A DNA stretch of 41,935 nt from Anaerolineae bacterium (GCA_041559855.1 JBFFCR010000002.1:1-41935), one strand, 5' to 3'. Shown: positions 9,301-17,893, numbered from the stretch's first letter. Numbers and translations: made by a program. The notes: generated by a model not told the origin, from the sequence alone.

Positions 9301-12300
9301 AACTCTAGCGTGGAGCTGATCGCCTGTGCCATTTCATTCAGAACATTCAACTGCTCAATGCGCTGCAGACGTTCGCGGTAGAGAGACGCGTTGTGATAGG
9401 CGACCGATGCCTGGCCGGCAACAATGCTGAGCAGATCCAGATGCTCCGAGTCAAAAGCATCCTCTCGCTCAAAGCTCTGCACTGCGATCCCGCCAATCAC
9501 GCGATCGCCAGCAGTCATCGGTACGCCTAGCCAGCTCTTAACGGGACCGGCCTCCGGAGTGAGCCCGTGCTCGTCGGCATACTGCGCGACACCCCGAGCC
9601 AGCAGGATCGGCTGCCCACTGCGTATCAATTGACCCATCAGCCCCAGGTCAATGCCCGAGTCACTCCGCGATCGACGCTGCCCGCGCTCCACAATGAACT
9701 CCAGGTAGACCTCGCGGGCATCAGGATCGTAGACGGCCAGATGGAAATTGCGCGTATTGAGGAGACTGCTGACCTGTTCATAGATCAGCTCGGTGAGCTG
9801 GCTTGTGTCCAGTGCACTACTGATCGCGCGCCCGATTTCGTTCACCATCGCCAGCTCGGCCACTCGACGCTGCGTCTGTTCGAACAGGCGCGCGTTCTCG
9901 ATTGCTATGGCCAGCTGATCCGCAGCGATCTCGAGGGCGGCCGCATCCTGTTCACTGATTGCGCCTCGTCGCGCTCCCTCAACCTGCAGCACTCCGATCA
10001 CCCTCTGGCCAACCTTGATCGGGACTGACACACTAGCAGGAGAACTCCACCCGATCTCCTCCCAGGCCCTATCCTCAGGGAGGAGGTCACTCTCCAGCAC
10101 TATCTCACCCGTAGCAACCGCTCTACCGATCGGTCCCCCACCAGCCTCTAGGCGATAGCCAGCGGGCACAACGGCACGCAAGGCCTCGTTGGCAACAGCA
10201 AGATGTAAATCAGACGAAGCTTCATCGACCAGGAATATGCCCACGCGGTAGAACGCGAGGTACTCCTCCAACGAGTGAACAGTGGTCTCCAGTATGTCAG
10301 CGAGCTCGAGCTGGGCCGCAACACGCCGCCCGATCTCGTTCAGCGACGCCAGTCTCTGAGCAGACTGCTGTGTGCTGCTCAGCAAACGAGTGCTCTCCAA
10401 AGCCACTGCGGCCTGGTCGGCCAGCGTGGCCAACACCACGCGATCAGCTTCCCCCATGGCGAATGGCCGTTCGCTGCTCGCCGACAATACGCCAATTACC
10501 TGCTTCCCGGCCTTGATCGGAGCCAACATCATCGAGCCAACACAGACAGGACCTGACTCGAGGAGAGGCTCCTGCGCGACGTCAGGGACCACAAGCGCAG
10601 TGCCTTCTGCCGCCACTTTGCCCACCAGCCCCTCGCCAGGAGCAAAACGATAATCGAGTAGTTCTTCCAAAGACACACCATAGCTGGCCACGGCGCCGAA
10701 TTTGCCATCGAACGGATCAGGCTGGTAGATCGCCCCCATCTCGCACTGCAGGAGCAGCCCTACCGCCTTGACAACCGTGGCCAAGACCTGTTCGGGCTCC
10801 ACCAGCTGCGTTAGCGTCTGGCCAACCTCGTTGATCAGCGCCAGATTCTCCGCACGCCTCCTCGCATCGGCATACAATCTTGCGTTTTCCACCGCAAAAG
10901 CTGCCTGATTGGCAAAGATGGCGAGCACCTCTAGCGTCCGGCGGCCCGGACGAAGGCCATCCCCCGGCTCATCCACAGAGATGTGGCCAAGCAAACGCCC
11001 GCCCGCTCCCATCATAGGAGCCAACAGCATGTCCCGCGGATGCCACTGCCCCTCGTGCCACTCCCCCGTTTCGGGCATAGGCACAATCGTATGAACACCG
11101 GCCCCCCAATCATCCTGCTCCTGGAAAGGCAGGAAGTAGCACTGCCCTTGCCGGTACTCCTCCCGCAACAGGGCTTCATACCGGTCCACTGGATGCAGGA
11201 CCCGCCTCGCTTCCTCGAACACCTCAAGGGGAAGGCCAGCCGCCGCCACGCGACGAAGCATGGGGAATGAGCCTACTCGCTCCTCTACAACGCTGATCAG
11301 TACCAGGTTAAAGCCCACCGTCTCCTGGATGGCGTAGGCGACCTCCTCCAAGGTCTCTTCCAGAGGGACATCGGTGCGTAGGGTCTGGCTCACAGCCAAG
11401 AGGCCGTCCATCTGCTCGGACCGTTGACGCAGCATGTTGTTTACGCGAACCTGTTCCTCGAACCTCATGGCATTGCCGATAGCCAGGGTCGCCTGCTCAG
11501 CCAACGCCTGCATAAAGGTGAGATCATCTTGATCAAAAGCCCCGGTCTCGACATGGCGCAGGCATATCACACCAACGACCGCATCCTGGTAGGGTATAGG
11601 TACGACCAGCGCCGAGCGGGTATCGCTACGGATGCACGCTGCTCCTGCTTCCTGTGTTACATCGCGCACAATCACGGCCCTACCGCCACGCACGACCCGC
11701 TGGACCAAGCTCTCGTCGCCGAGCTGCAGAAGATGATCCTCGAGAGCGGCCTCCTCTGCCTCAGTGTAGCCTAGCGCGGCGCGGAGCACGAGACGCCCCG
11801 TATCCTGGTCCACTACCATGATGTTGCCGTGGGTGGCGCCTGTCGTCTGCTCAGCCGATTCCAAGACTGTGCCGAGGATGCGGTCCAGTTCCAGCGTGGC
11901 GTTGAGTTCTCCCATAGTGCGCTGCAGGGCCACCAGCTCATCGATTCGTGCATGCAACCGCTCGTCGGTCAGCTCATAGCGTCTCGCGTTTTCTATCACG
12001 GCGGCAGCCTGGTTGGCGAAAATGCACAGCAGGCGGACATCGTCCTCGTCGAAAGGAGTGCCGTCGGCTCTGTTGCCCACCTGGATAACGCCAAGGCGCC
12101 TCTGCCCCACACTCATGGGAGCAAAAATCGCATCGCGTAGCCCGCCAGAGCGGGTCATATCCCTCATGCCTAACTCATCGATCAGTGGCTCGTTCTCTAC
12201 ATCGTTGAGCAGCAAGAAGTCGCGCTCTTGCCACAGCTGCCACGCCAGGCTGCCTTTCGCCACCCGGAGACGATACCGCCCCACCACCTCTTGAGGCACC

Positions 12301-14042
12301 CCCAATAAAGGTGGCTGGCTGACCAACGCTTGCGCATCCTCATCGTAGAGCAAGATGCCACACATTTCCACAGACATGAGGGTGGCAATCCGTTCGCTGA
12401 TCTCAGCGTAGATCTGACCCAGATCGGATAGGGATCCTATAGCTTGGGAGATCTGATACAGACCGGAAAACTCGTGAAGCCGGCGTTCGGTCTCCGCGTG
12501 GAGCCGCGCATTCCTGATCGCAACAGCAGCTTGATTGGCAAAGATCTCGAGGATCTCCAAGTGCCCTTCGGTGTAGGCATTCGCCTGGTTGCTCACCAAC
12601 TCGAGCGTACCCACAAAGGTATCGCGGGTTCGCAGCGGCAACCCCACATAGGATCGAATCTTCACGTCGGTGGCGGTCACCTTGGGACCAACATCCGTCC
12701 GCTCCATAGTATCTGGGATGAACAACCGCTCTTTGTGCCGTGCGATCCAACCTGTGTAGCCTTCGTCGAGATGATAGAGACCGCCTGCCTCAGTCGTCAG
12801 CTGTGCATCGCCGGCAGCCCCCCTGGTGACCATCACGTCGCGAACCTCATCCCACAGGCAGATCTCGGCGCTATAGTAGTCCACCAGGTCCTTCAACCGC
12901 AGCAGGATAAGGTTGAGCGTGTGCTCCAAGTCCAAGCTGGACGACACGTCACGACTCACCTCATGGATCGTCGCCAACTCCTGCACTCGCCTATCCAGGG
13001 CTTCGTCCGTGCCCCCGTAGAGCTGAGCATTCTCCATGGCGACCACGGCCTGCACGGCAAAGTTTGACAGGAGCTCCAGATCATCTCGGTCGAAACCACT
13101 CCCGTCAAGTGCGTTCACAACTTCCAGCGCACCGACAGCGCGCCCGCGTCGGCTCAGAGGAACAGAGAGGAGCGCGCGCGCCTCGAGATCTGGGCATAGC
13201 TCCCCAACTCTACGCCAGCGCGGGTCAGCTCGAACATCACTGACAATCACCCCTTCGCCAGCCTCCACAACGGCTCCGGCGATTCCACAACCCTGCGGCA
13301 CTCGCTGCCCGACAAATGACTCTGCCAAGGGTACTTTTGCAGCGCGAAAGACCAACTCGCCGGTATCCTCATCCACTAACAGCAGCCAGCCCGCTTCGGC
13401 AGCCAGGATCTCGACGGCCTTCCGCACCACCAAGTCCAGCACGGCATCCAGTTCCAGTGTTGAACTGATGACTCGTCCGATTTCGTTTACTGTTGATAGT
13501 TGCCTGAGCCGAATTGTGGCGTCACGAACCACCCGATGTTGACGAGCATCCATCGAGACTAGATAATTGACGCCCCAGGTGAGGGCCAACCACAGGATCA
13601 TGCCGCCGACTATACTTGGAGAGAACGCGTCCCCTTCCACAAGCCAGGAAACAAGGAAGGGCGCCGTGCATAGCAGGCACACGCCAGCATTGAATACAAG
13701 CGCCCACCACAGGTCCAGGCGCGCGGCGATAACCGCCATCACGGAGGCGCCCAGCGGAACACCCGCTTCGGCGGCACCCCCGTGTGCATAGAAGGCGAGT
13801 CCTGCAAGCACTATATCGACCAAGCTCAAGACCCACCGCGTGCTGGCCTCAGGCAGCAGCCGAGGCACGACCAGATAGGCAGCCGCATGCCCAGCTATGA
13901 TCAGCATTAGCAGAACCGTCTGCGTGAGGTCCCAACCTATCACAGAGCGGAGCAGTAGGTATAGAAGAGCAAGCCTGAGGAACCAGGTCAGGACCTGCTC
14001 TAGGCGGTTTTCCTGCCAGGTATTAGAGTCAGAATTGCTCAT
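6342..14042 (-). CDS. Giant hybrid sensor histidine kinase: N-terminal multi-TM region, about 10 tandem GAF domains, PAS, HisKA, HATPase_c, and two receiver domains
   Basis: 2566 aa. Ten GAF-closing helices were counted by eye: NFAVQAVVAMENAQLY, IFANQAAVAIRNARLH, IFANQAAAVIENARRY, ALAEQATLAIGNAMRF, IFANQAAFAVENARLY, TLADQAAVALESTRLL, IAADQLAIAIENARLF, IVAGQASVAYHNASLY, TVAAQAAVAVRNAQLY and GQIAIAVNNSDLY. The PAS region reads ILESIADGVLVLDHNGRVLLVNPAAEELLG. The H-box is FISTVSHELRTPMTSIKGY, with His about aa 2079 (codon complement of 7806-7808). The N box is LLANAWQY, G1 is DTGIGI and G2 is GTGLGLSIVK. REC1 is KILVVEDD...LDIMLPDVDG...IVKPF and REC2 is LLVADDD...LLDVGMRMMERY...LTKPL. Confidence 0.95.
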   Translation of the reverse strand: MSNSDSNTWQENRLEQVLTWFLRLALLYLLLRSVIGWDLTQTVLLMLIIAGHAAAYLVVPRLLPEASTRWVLSLVDIVLAGLAFYAHGGAAEAGVPLGASVMAVIAARLDLWWALVFNAGVCLLCTAPFLVSWLVEGDAFSPSIVGGMILWLALTWGVNYLVSMDARQHRVVRDATIRLRQLSTVNEIGRVISSTLELDAVLDLVVRKAVEILAAEAGWLLLVDEDTGELVFRAAKVPLAESFVGQRVPQGCGIAGAVVEAGEGVIVSDVRADPRWRRVGELCPDLEARALLSVPLSRRGRAVGALEVVNALDGSGFDRDDLELLSNFAVQAVVAMENAQLYGGTDEALDRRVQELATIHEVSRDVSSSLDLEHTLNLILLRLKDLVDYYSAEICLWDEVRDVMVTRGAAGDAQLTTEAGGLYHLDEGYTGWIARHKERLFIPDTMERTDVGPKVTATDVKIRSYVGLPLRTRDTFVGTLELVSNQANAYTEGHLEILEIFANQAAVAIRNARLHAETERRLHEFSGLYQISQAIGSLSDLGQIYAEISERIATLMSVEMCGILLYDEDAQALVSQPPLLGVPQEVVGRYRLRVAKGSLAWQLWQERDFLLLNDVENEPLIDELGMRDMTRSGGLRDAIFAPMSVGQRRLGVIQVGNRADGTPFDEDDVRLLCIFANQAAAVIENARRYELTDERLHARIDELVALQRTMGELNATLELDRILGTVLESAEQTTGATHGNIMVVDQDTGRLVLRAALGYTEAEEAALEDHLLQLGDESLVQRVVRGGRAVIVRDVTQEAGAACIRSDTRSALVVPIPYQDAVVGVICLRHVETGAFDQDDLTFMQALAEQATLAIGNAMRFEEQVRVNNMLRQRSEQMDGLLAVSQTLRTDVPLEETLEEVAYAIQETVGFNLVLISVVEERVGSFPMLRRVAAAGLPLEVFEEARRVLHPVDRYEALLREEYRQGQCYFLPFQEQDDWGAGVHTIVPMPETGEWHEGQWHPRDMLLAPMMGAGGRLLGHISVDEPGDGLRPGRRTLEVLAIFANQAAFAVENARLYADARRRAENLALINEVGQTLTQLVEPEQVLATVVKAVGLLLQCEMGAIYQPDPFDGKFGAVASYGVSLEELLDYRFAPGEGLVGKVAAEGTALVVPDVAQEPLLESGPVCVGSMMLAPIKAGKQVIGVLSASSERPFAMGEADRVVLATLADQAAVALESTRLLSSTQQSAQRLASLNEIGRRVAAQLELADILETTVHSLEEYLAFYRVGIFLVDEASSDLHLAVANEALRAVVPAGYRLEAGGGPIGRAVATGEIVLESDLLPEDRAWEEIGWSSPASVSVPIKVGQRVIGVLQVEGARRGAISEQDAAALEIAADQLAIAIENARLFEQTQRRVAELAMVNEIGRAISSALDTSQLTELIYEQVSSLLNTRNFHLAVYDPDAREVYLEFIVERGQRRSRSDSGIDLGLMGQLIRSGQPILLARGVAQYADEHGLTPEAGPVKSWLGVPMTAGDRVIGGIAVQSFEREDAFDSEHLDLLSIVAGQASVAYHNASLYRERLQRIEQLNVLNEMAQAISSTLELDDLLGVVYQQASRILDTTNFCIALWDEDRDEVAFPFVVDPEHREDWSPCKRGEGLTGTIIATGRPLLLPTGAAGLYREQGREIDAGLCRSWLGVPMMAEDRVLGVIAVQDYRREHVYREEHLGLLSTVAAQAAVAVRNAQLYQQIVGFSSDLEEKVEARTRELAQALEDLTVERDRVETLYRITSELGATLELERVLQRALQLFAGALDLSYGTILLVDQESGNLNLRATLEPGRRLPRKGEPTEWRPGVGLAGWVLEHRESALIADITADPRWKHGPEKTAGLRSVVAAPLALGGGDVLGVLILGHPDEGHFTADHLQLVTAATGQIAIAVNNSDLYAFIIDQADQLGAALQSQEEEAAKNRAILESIADGVLVLDHNGRVLLVNPAAEELLGISAIALHGEHFRHMLGLGETEVHRDLSQALYSELLQQLEAGEDAVVQPESSVRLQAGTRVLAVTIAPLIVSPGGMPGLVAALRDISREAEVERLKNEFISTVSHELRTPMTSIKGYTDLLFLGMAGGLTDAQRSFLKIIKSNADRLTALVNDILDISRIETGRMRLTIASLDLGQIISQVVASFREQYREKDLGLVWEELQDLPEIRGDEARVTQVLSNLLANAWQYSPEGGTVSVSVQPVGGFLQTDVSDTGIGIGPDDIGRIFDRFFRADHPIVQEAGGTGLGLSIVKMFVEMLGGAIWVKSEPGKGATFSFTLPLTTTELPEPVPELLSTGLQTGLVRRQKILVVEDDRDLALLLRRQLESEGYQVLLAGTGEDALWLAREAQPQLITLDIMLPDVDGFVVLQQLKSNPLTSGVPVVIVSVLAESEKGFALGAVDYIVKPFVERELLDIVHRVLSRAETDPPHRLLVADDDPEVLARMEQALLLHGYEVWTATDGQEALALAEEVRPDLILLDVGMRMMERYEVVRRLRKNEPTRAIPVVVTTDSPVDREQEKVRVLGMDVAEYLTKPLSIEVLIREIKKVIAERTPA
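8300..13490 (-). other. Approximate extent of the 10 x GAF array inside the giant kinase (about 173 aa per unit)
   Basis: The boundaries are estimated from the first GAF-preceding helix (LSTVNEIGRVISSTLELD, about aa 180) and the last GAF-closing helix (about aa 1913). Coordinates are approximate, within about 60 nt. Confidence 0.6.
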
Positions 14043-14104
14043 GCCCGCAACTCACCAACCGAAGCTGCATTCACCGCAACAGCATCGTCTCTGCGCAATA
14101 CTCC

Positions 14105-14989
14105 CTACACCATCCGGCGTGCCTCGGCCGCTACCTCGGTGATCTCCCGAATGTCAGCAAAAGGCGCTGCATCGTGATGGACCACTCCCACAGCCAACGA
14201 CATCAGTGGTGCTTGGCGCATCTCGCCCATCGAACCTCCAACCTCGACAAAGCCTCGCTCCCGGTCGCGGAAGCTGTAGAACGCCCCCACTTCTTCGCCA
14301 AAGCGTTCCTTCATCCGTGCCCTGATCCCCTCTGCGGCATCGGGTGCGGTGATAATTATAAAGTCGTCTCCCCCTACATGCCCGATGAACTCAGCTCCCG
14401 TTCCGACCTCATCCACGACCTCGGAAAGCAGCATCGCGGCGAAACGCAGCACGTCATCTCCGGCCACAAAGCCATACTTGTCGTTAAAGTCCTCAAGCTG
14501 ATTGATTCCGACATAAAGAACAGCCCAGTCATGACGGCGCAGGATCTGGCGCAACTGCTCTTCAATGAGCTTGCCGCTTGGCAGACCCGTCACAGGACTG
14601 GTCAAGCTCAGCCACCCTGCACGGCGCAGAGCTCCCTCGACGCGTAGCATTAGGAGCTGCAGATCGAAGGGCTTGGTGATGTAGTCATCTGCCCCCAACT
14701 CCAGCCCGGCAATCTGGTCGCTGCGCTCATCCTTCCGAGTTAGGAAAATGATGGGGATGTGACTGGTTCGCAGGTTGCCTCGCAATCTCCGGCACACCTC
14801 GTACCCGTCGATATCAGGCAGCACGATGTCCAGGATCACTAGGCTCGGCAGTTTACGGCGGCAGACCTCCAGGGCTTCCTCGCCGCGGGCAACCGCCACC
14901 GCCTCGTAGTCTTGGGACTCGAAGTAGATCCGCAGCATGCTGGAGATGTCCGAGTCATCTTCAACAATGAGTAACAGCCCCTTGCTCAT
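14105..14989 (-). CDS. Response regulator: receiver domain plus a degenerate GGDEF-like domain (motif GGDDF)
   Basis: 294 aa. The REC part reads LLIVEDDSD, LVILDIVLPDIDGYE, IIFLTRK and YITKPF. The C-terminal GGDEF fold reads VTGLPSGKL...VLYVGINQLEDFNDKYGFVAGDDVL...FIGHVGGDDFIII. The GGDDF motif is aa 206-210, nt 14360-14374. Confidence 0.9.
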   Translation of the reverse strand: MSKGLLLIVEDDSDISSMLRIYFESQDYEAVAVARGEEALEVCRRKLPSLVILDIVLPDIDGYEVCRRLRGNLRTSHIPIIFLTRKDERSDQIAGLELGADDYITKPFDLQLLMLRVEGALRRAGWLSLTSPVTGLPSGKLIEEQLRQILRRHDWAVLYVGINQLEDFNDKYGFVAGDDVLRFAAMLLSEVVDEVGTGAEFIGHVGGDDFIIITAPDAAEGIRARMKERFGEEVGAFYSFRDRERGFVEVGGSMGEMRQAPLMSLAVGVVHHDAAPFADIREITEVAAEARRMV

Positions 14990-15151
14990 CCTCTTCCCCC
15001 CTACGCGTTACTCGCGTACACTCTCAGCCAATCGCAACGCGCTGCTCGCGTGCCCCATACTGGTCACATTGCCCGTAGTGCTTCTCAACAGTCCTCACCC
15101 ACAGAACCCCAAGTGATGAACGAACCATCGGAGCCCGCCAGCGACAGATCC

Positions 15152-16405
15152 TCATTCCCGGGGCTGATACAGCGGAGGGTGGAACCCCGCATCAGGCCAA
15201 CGCAGATGATCGCTATCCTCATAACACACATTCTTCGACACTACAGAGCGCTCATCCGAGCGAACCAACACCACGTCCGACTCGATCATTCTTCCTGGAT
15301 AGATCGTCAGGCCCGCCCCAATGCGACAGTGATGGCCTACGCATCCCCCCAACACCGTCGAGCCGACATCCTGAAGCTCTCCGCGATGCTGCGTCCTGAC
15401 AGGCCTCCGGATCAGATTGAAATCAGTGAACGTGGTGCCCGCACCTATGAACGAGTCCCGCCCAACCACGCAGAACTGCAGGCACGCATTCTGTGCAACC
15501 ATGGTGTCTTCCATCAGCGTGGACATGAACAGAGAAGAGCGAAACGGCAGGTAGCAGCGATCCCCCACCACGCTGATTAGCAACTCGTTCCCGTGTAGGA
15601 TACTGACATGATTGCCGATGATGCAGTTAGAAATGACCACGCCAGCGCCAATGTATACATTGTCGCCGATGATGGTCGGACCCTGGATCACGGCTGTCGG
15701 ATCGATCTGGGAGTTCCGCCCCACCTTGACCAGATGCGAGCACGACAGAATCTGCCTGCGCTCGAGCAGTGACCGCCAAAAGATCTTTGCCAGCACGCTG
15801 AAGCGATTCAGGCTGCGCTCCAGGCGTGCGCCCTCCGCGAGTACCCCAAACAGGCAGTTCGCCACATAGACGTGCACCCAGTTCTCGATCGCTAGAAAAG
15901 CACGTAGCGGAATCTGGAATACAAGATCCCCTTTCTCCGTCGACATGTGCGTCGGGACCCGATAGGAGCCGAACTCGTATGCCCCGCAGTCGATCACTAG
16001 CGGCCGCGTCCTCCGCTCCAGCCCCCGCGGGTAGTACCACATGTTCGCCACATACACGTCCCCTTCTCGTCGAATTCCGCTCTGGAGAGGTAGAACGTGC
16101 GCGGTGATCACCTCGTCGTCGAGGGCAAAGGCAACCCGGCATGCCTTACCCAAGGCGCGTGCTTGCGTCAGGAACGCCTCGACAAACCCATCGTCAAAGA
16201 ACAGGTTGTCCTGGTAGACTAGAGTCTCTTGTGACCCGGCATCCGGGATCTGCCTCATCGACCCCACCTCTATCTCAGAGTCGCAATAGGGATCCAGGAT
16301 GTCTTTCTGGTGAAGCCAGAGCGGCTTGTTCAACACCCGAAGCTCGCGCGCCGGCTCGTTGAAGGGAGGAATCTCTCTTTCGTCGCGAACGATGACCTTT
16401 CTCAT
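15152..16405 (-). CDS. Left-handed beta-helix (hexapeptide-repeat) protein, similar to GlmU-like putative sugar nucleotidyl/acyl-transferases
   Basis: 417 aa. The C-terminal half has imperfect hexapeptide repeats (IIGDNVYIGAGVVISNCIIGNHVSILHG, VGRDSFIGAGTTF, LGGCVGHHCRIGAGLTIYPG). The N-terminus (KVIVRDEREIPPFNEPARELRVLNKPL) resembles the alternative GlmU-like 'putative sugar nucleotidyl transferase' family. The family assignment is tentative. Confidence 0.7.
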   Translation of the reverse strand: MRKVIVRDEREIPPFNEPARELRVLNKPLWLHQKDILDPYCDSEIEVGSMRQIPDAGSQETLVYQDNLFFDDGFVEAFLTQARALGKACRVAFALDDEVITAHVLPLQSGIRREGDVYVANMWYYPRGLERRTRPLVIDCGAYEFGSYRVPTHMSTEKGDLVFQIPLRAFLAIENWVHVYVANCLFGVLAEGARLERSLNRFSVLAKIFWRSLLERRQILSCSHLVKVGRNSQIDPTAVIQGPTIIGDNVYIGAGVVISNCIIGNHVSILHGNELLISVVGDRCYLPFRSSLFMSTLMEDTMVAQNACLQFCVVGRDSFIGAGTTFTDFNLIRRPVRTQHRGELQDVGSTVLGGCVGHHCRIGAGLTIYPGRMIESDVVLVRSDERSVVSKNVCYEDSDHLRWPDAGFHPPLYQPRE

Positions 16406-16414
16406 GTCAGCATG

Positions 16415-17065
16415 CTAGTCCAGGGGCTTCTTCTCAATTATGTAGGTGCAGCTCGGGTCCCCCATGGCGATACAACTGATCTCCTCCACTCGAATGTTCT
16501 TTCCTCCGGTGACCCAGTGCAGCCCCTCCTGGAGCAGTCCCAGGCCCGCGTGGCAGATCGGCACCTCGGCTGTTCGTCCCCAACAGACAGGGCAACGGTC
16601 AATGTGATATAGAAAGCGAGTCGACTCCTCTTCGAGACGCACGACCTGATCACTCGTCTTGTTAAAGGTCTCCGCCATCGCGTTCAAGCCTATCTTCATC
16701 TTGATACCCAGCGGCAAGAGACGGAAAGCAAGGTCGCTGACACCCAACACCGCACCGAAATCCTTGAGTGCGTAGTAGAGGCCCGCCCGACCGGCCCGGA
16801 TCGCCAACCCCTTTCCACCTCTGGGCCCATACATATCCTCCAAAGCTTGGTTGAGTGCAGACATCTCCTCAAAGCTCCAGCCCAGATCCAGGTTATTTGG
16901 TGGATAGTTGTTGATGAGGTGGCGCAGCCTGGCAAGATTGAGCACTGCATTCACGCCATTCTTGCCCATTACGTCCTCCAGGGCAAGTAGCATCATCCTT
17001 CCCATCTTGTTGGGCCAGTAGTATTGAGGTCGTGGTACTTCGGTTGCTTGTGGCTCGGTCGTCAT
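16415..17065 (-). CDS. V4R (4-vinyl reductase-type) domain protein, putative small-molecule binding
   Basis: 216 aa. The C-terminal V4R signature with conserved Cys reads IDRCPVCWGRTAEVPICHAGLGLLQEGLHWVTGG...VEEISCIAMGDPSCTYII. Confidence 0.8.
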   Translation of the reverse strand: MTTEPQATEVPRPQYYWPNKMGRMMLLALEDVMGKNGVNAVLNLARLRHLINNYPPNNLDLGWSFEEMSALNQALEDMYGPRGGKGLAIRAGRAGLYYALKDFGAVLGVSDLAFRLLPLGIKMKIGLNAMAETFNKTSDQVVRLEEESTRFLYHIDRCPVCWGRTAEVPICHAGLGLLQEGLHWVTGGKNIRVEEISCIAMGDPSCTYIIEKKPLD

Positions 17066-17110
17066 CCCAGTACACTCCCGTTCAAACAGCCAACACTCAT
17101 AGCAAATCGG

Positions 17111-17893
17111 TCAGTCTGAGAAAAAGCCCCGTGCTGTCGAATAGAATGCATCTGGTTCGTCCAACATGGGGAAGTGCCTGGCACTCTGCATCATTACCAC
17201 ACGCGCGCCCGAAACCTTCTCCAACAGCTCAGCCTGCCGCGGATCGACGATCTTGTCCCCCCGTCCGTACACGCCAAGGGCCGGCATGCGCAGTGCGTGC
17301 AGCCGGGGACGAAGATCCGTGTGATGCAAAGAATGAATGCTCCACAAGAACGATTCCAGCGTCATCCTTGAAAGGTCTCGCATCAGCATCCCGTACCACT
17401 CGCTCCAACTTGCTGCGATCCACGGAGCGAACAGCCTGATGCCTAGACGCAGCAGTGACGGCGAGTTCCAGACGAGAAAGGCAATCCAAGGAAAGCCCGC
17501 CAGCTTGAGGAACAAGTTCAGCGAGCGACCATCTATTGGAGAGCCGACCATCGCGACCTTGCTGACGCGTTGAGGCCGATCCAGGGCCAGCTTTAGGGCT
17601 ACAGTGCCTCCCATCGAGTGCCCCATCACCGGCGCAGCCTGAATACCCAGTCTTTCCATGAACTGCTCGACCAGCGCCACAAAGTCAGAGATGTTGTAGC
17701 TCTCCCGACGCTTGTCCGACTCACCGAATCCCCAAAAATCCAGAGCATAGGTTCGATGGTGAGATGCCAGAGCCTCCATGGTGCCTAGCCAGCAGCCCCA
17801 GGATCCAAGCCAGCCATGTAAGAGGATTACCGGCGTGCCTCGGCCGTAGGCTTCATAGTGTACGACACCCTGTTCAGTGACGATCGAACTCAA
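17111..17893 (-). CDS. Alpha/beta-fold hydrolase with a canonical GHSMGG elbow
   Basis: 260 aa. Contains LLHGWLGSW, ALDFWGFGES, VMGHSMGGTVA (Ser93), YGRGDKIVD and SARHFPMLD. It is a paralogue of the 5035-5832 gene. Confidence 0.9.
   Translation of the reverse strand: MSSIVTEQGVVHYEAYGRGTPVILLHGWLGSWGCWLGTMEALASHHRTYALDFWGFGESDKRRESYNISDFVALVEQFMERLGIQAAPVMGHSMGGTVALKLALDRPQRVSKVAMVGSPIDGRSLNLFLKLAGFPWIAFLVWNSPSLLRLGIRLFAPWIAASWSEWYGMLMRDLSRMTLESFLWSIHSLHHTDLRPRLHALRMPALGVYGRGDKIVDPRQAELLEKVSGARVVMMQSARHFPMLDEPDAFYSTARGFFSD

Noticed and set aside
8300-13490. A bilin-binding (phytochrome/cyanobacteriochrome) photoreceptor array
   Set aside because: None of the ten GAF units shows the conserved Cys-His or DxCF chromophore-attachment contexts. 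No PHY or PAS-GAF knot arrangement is present.
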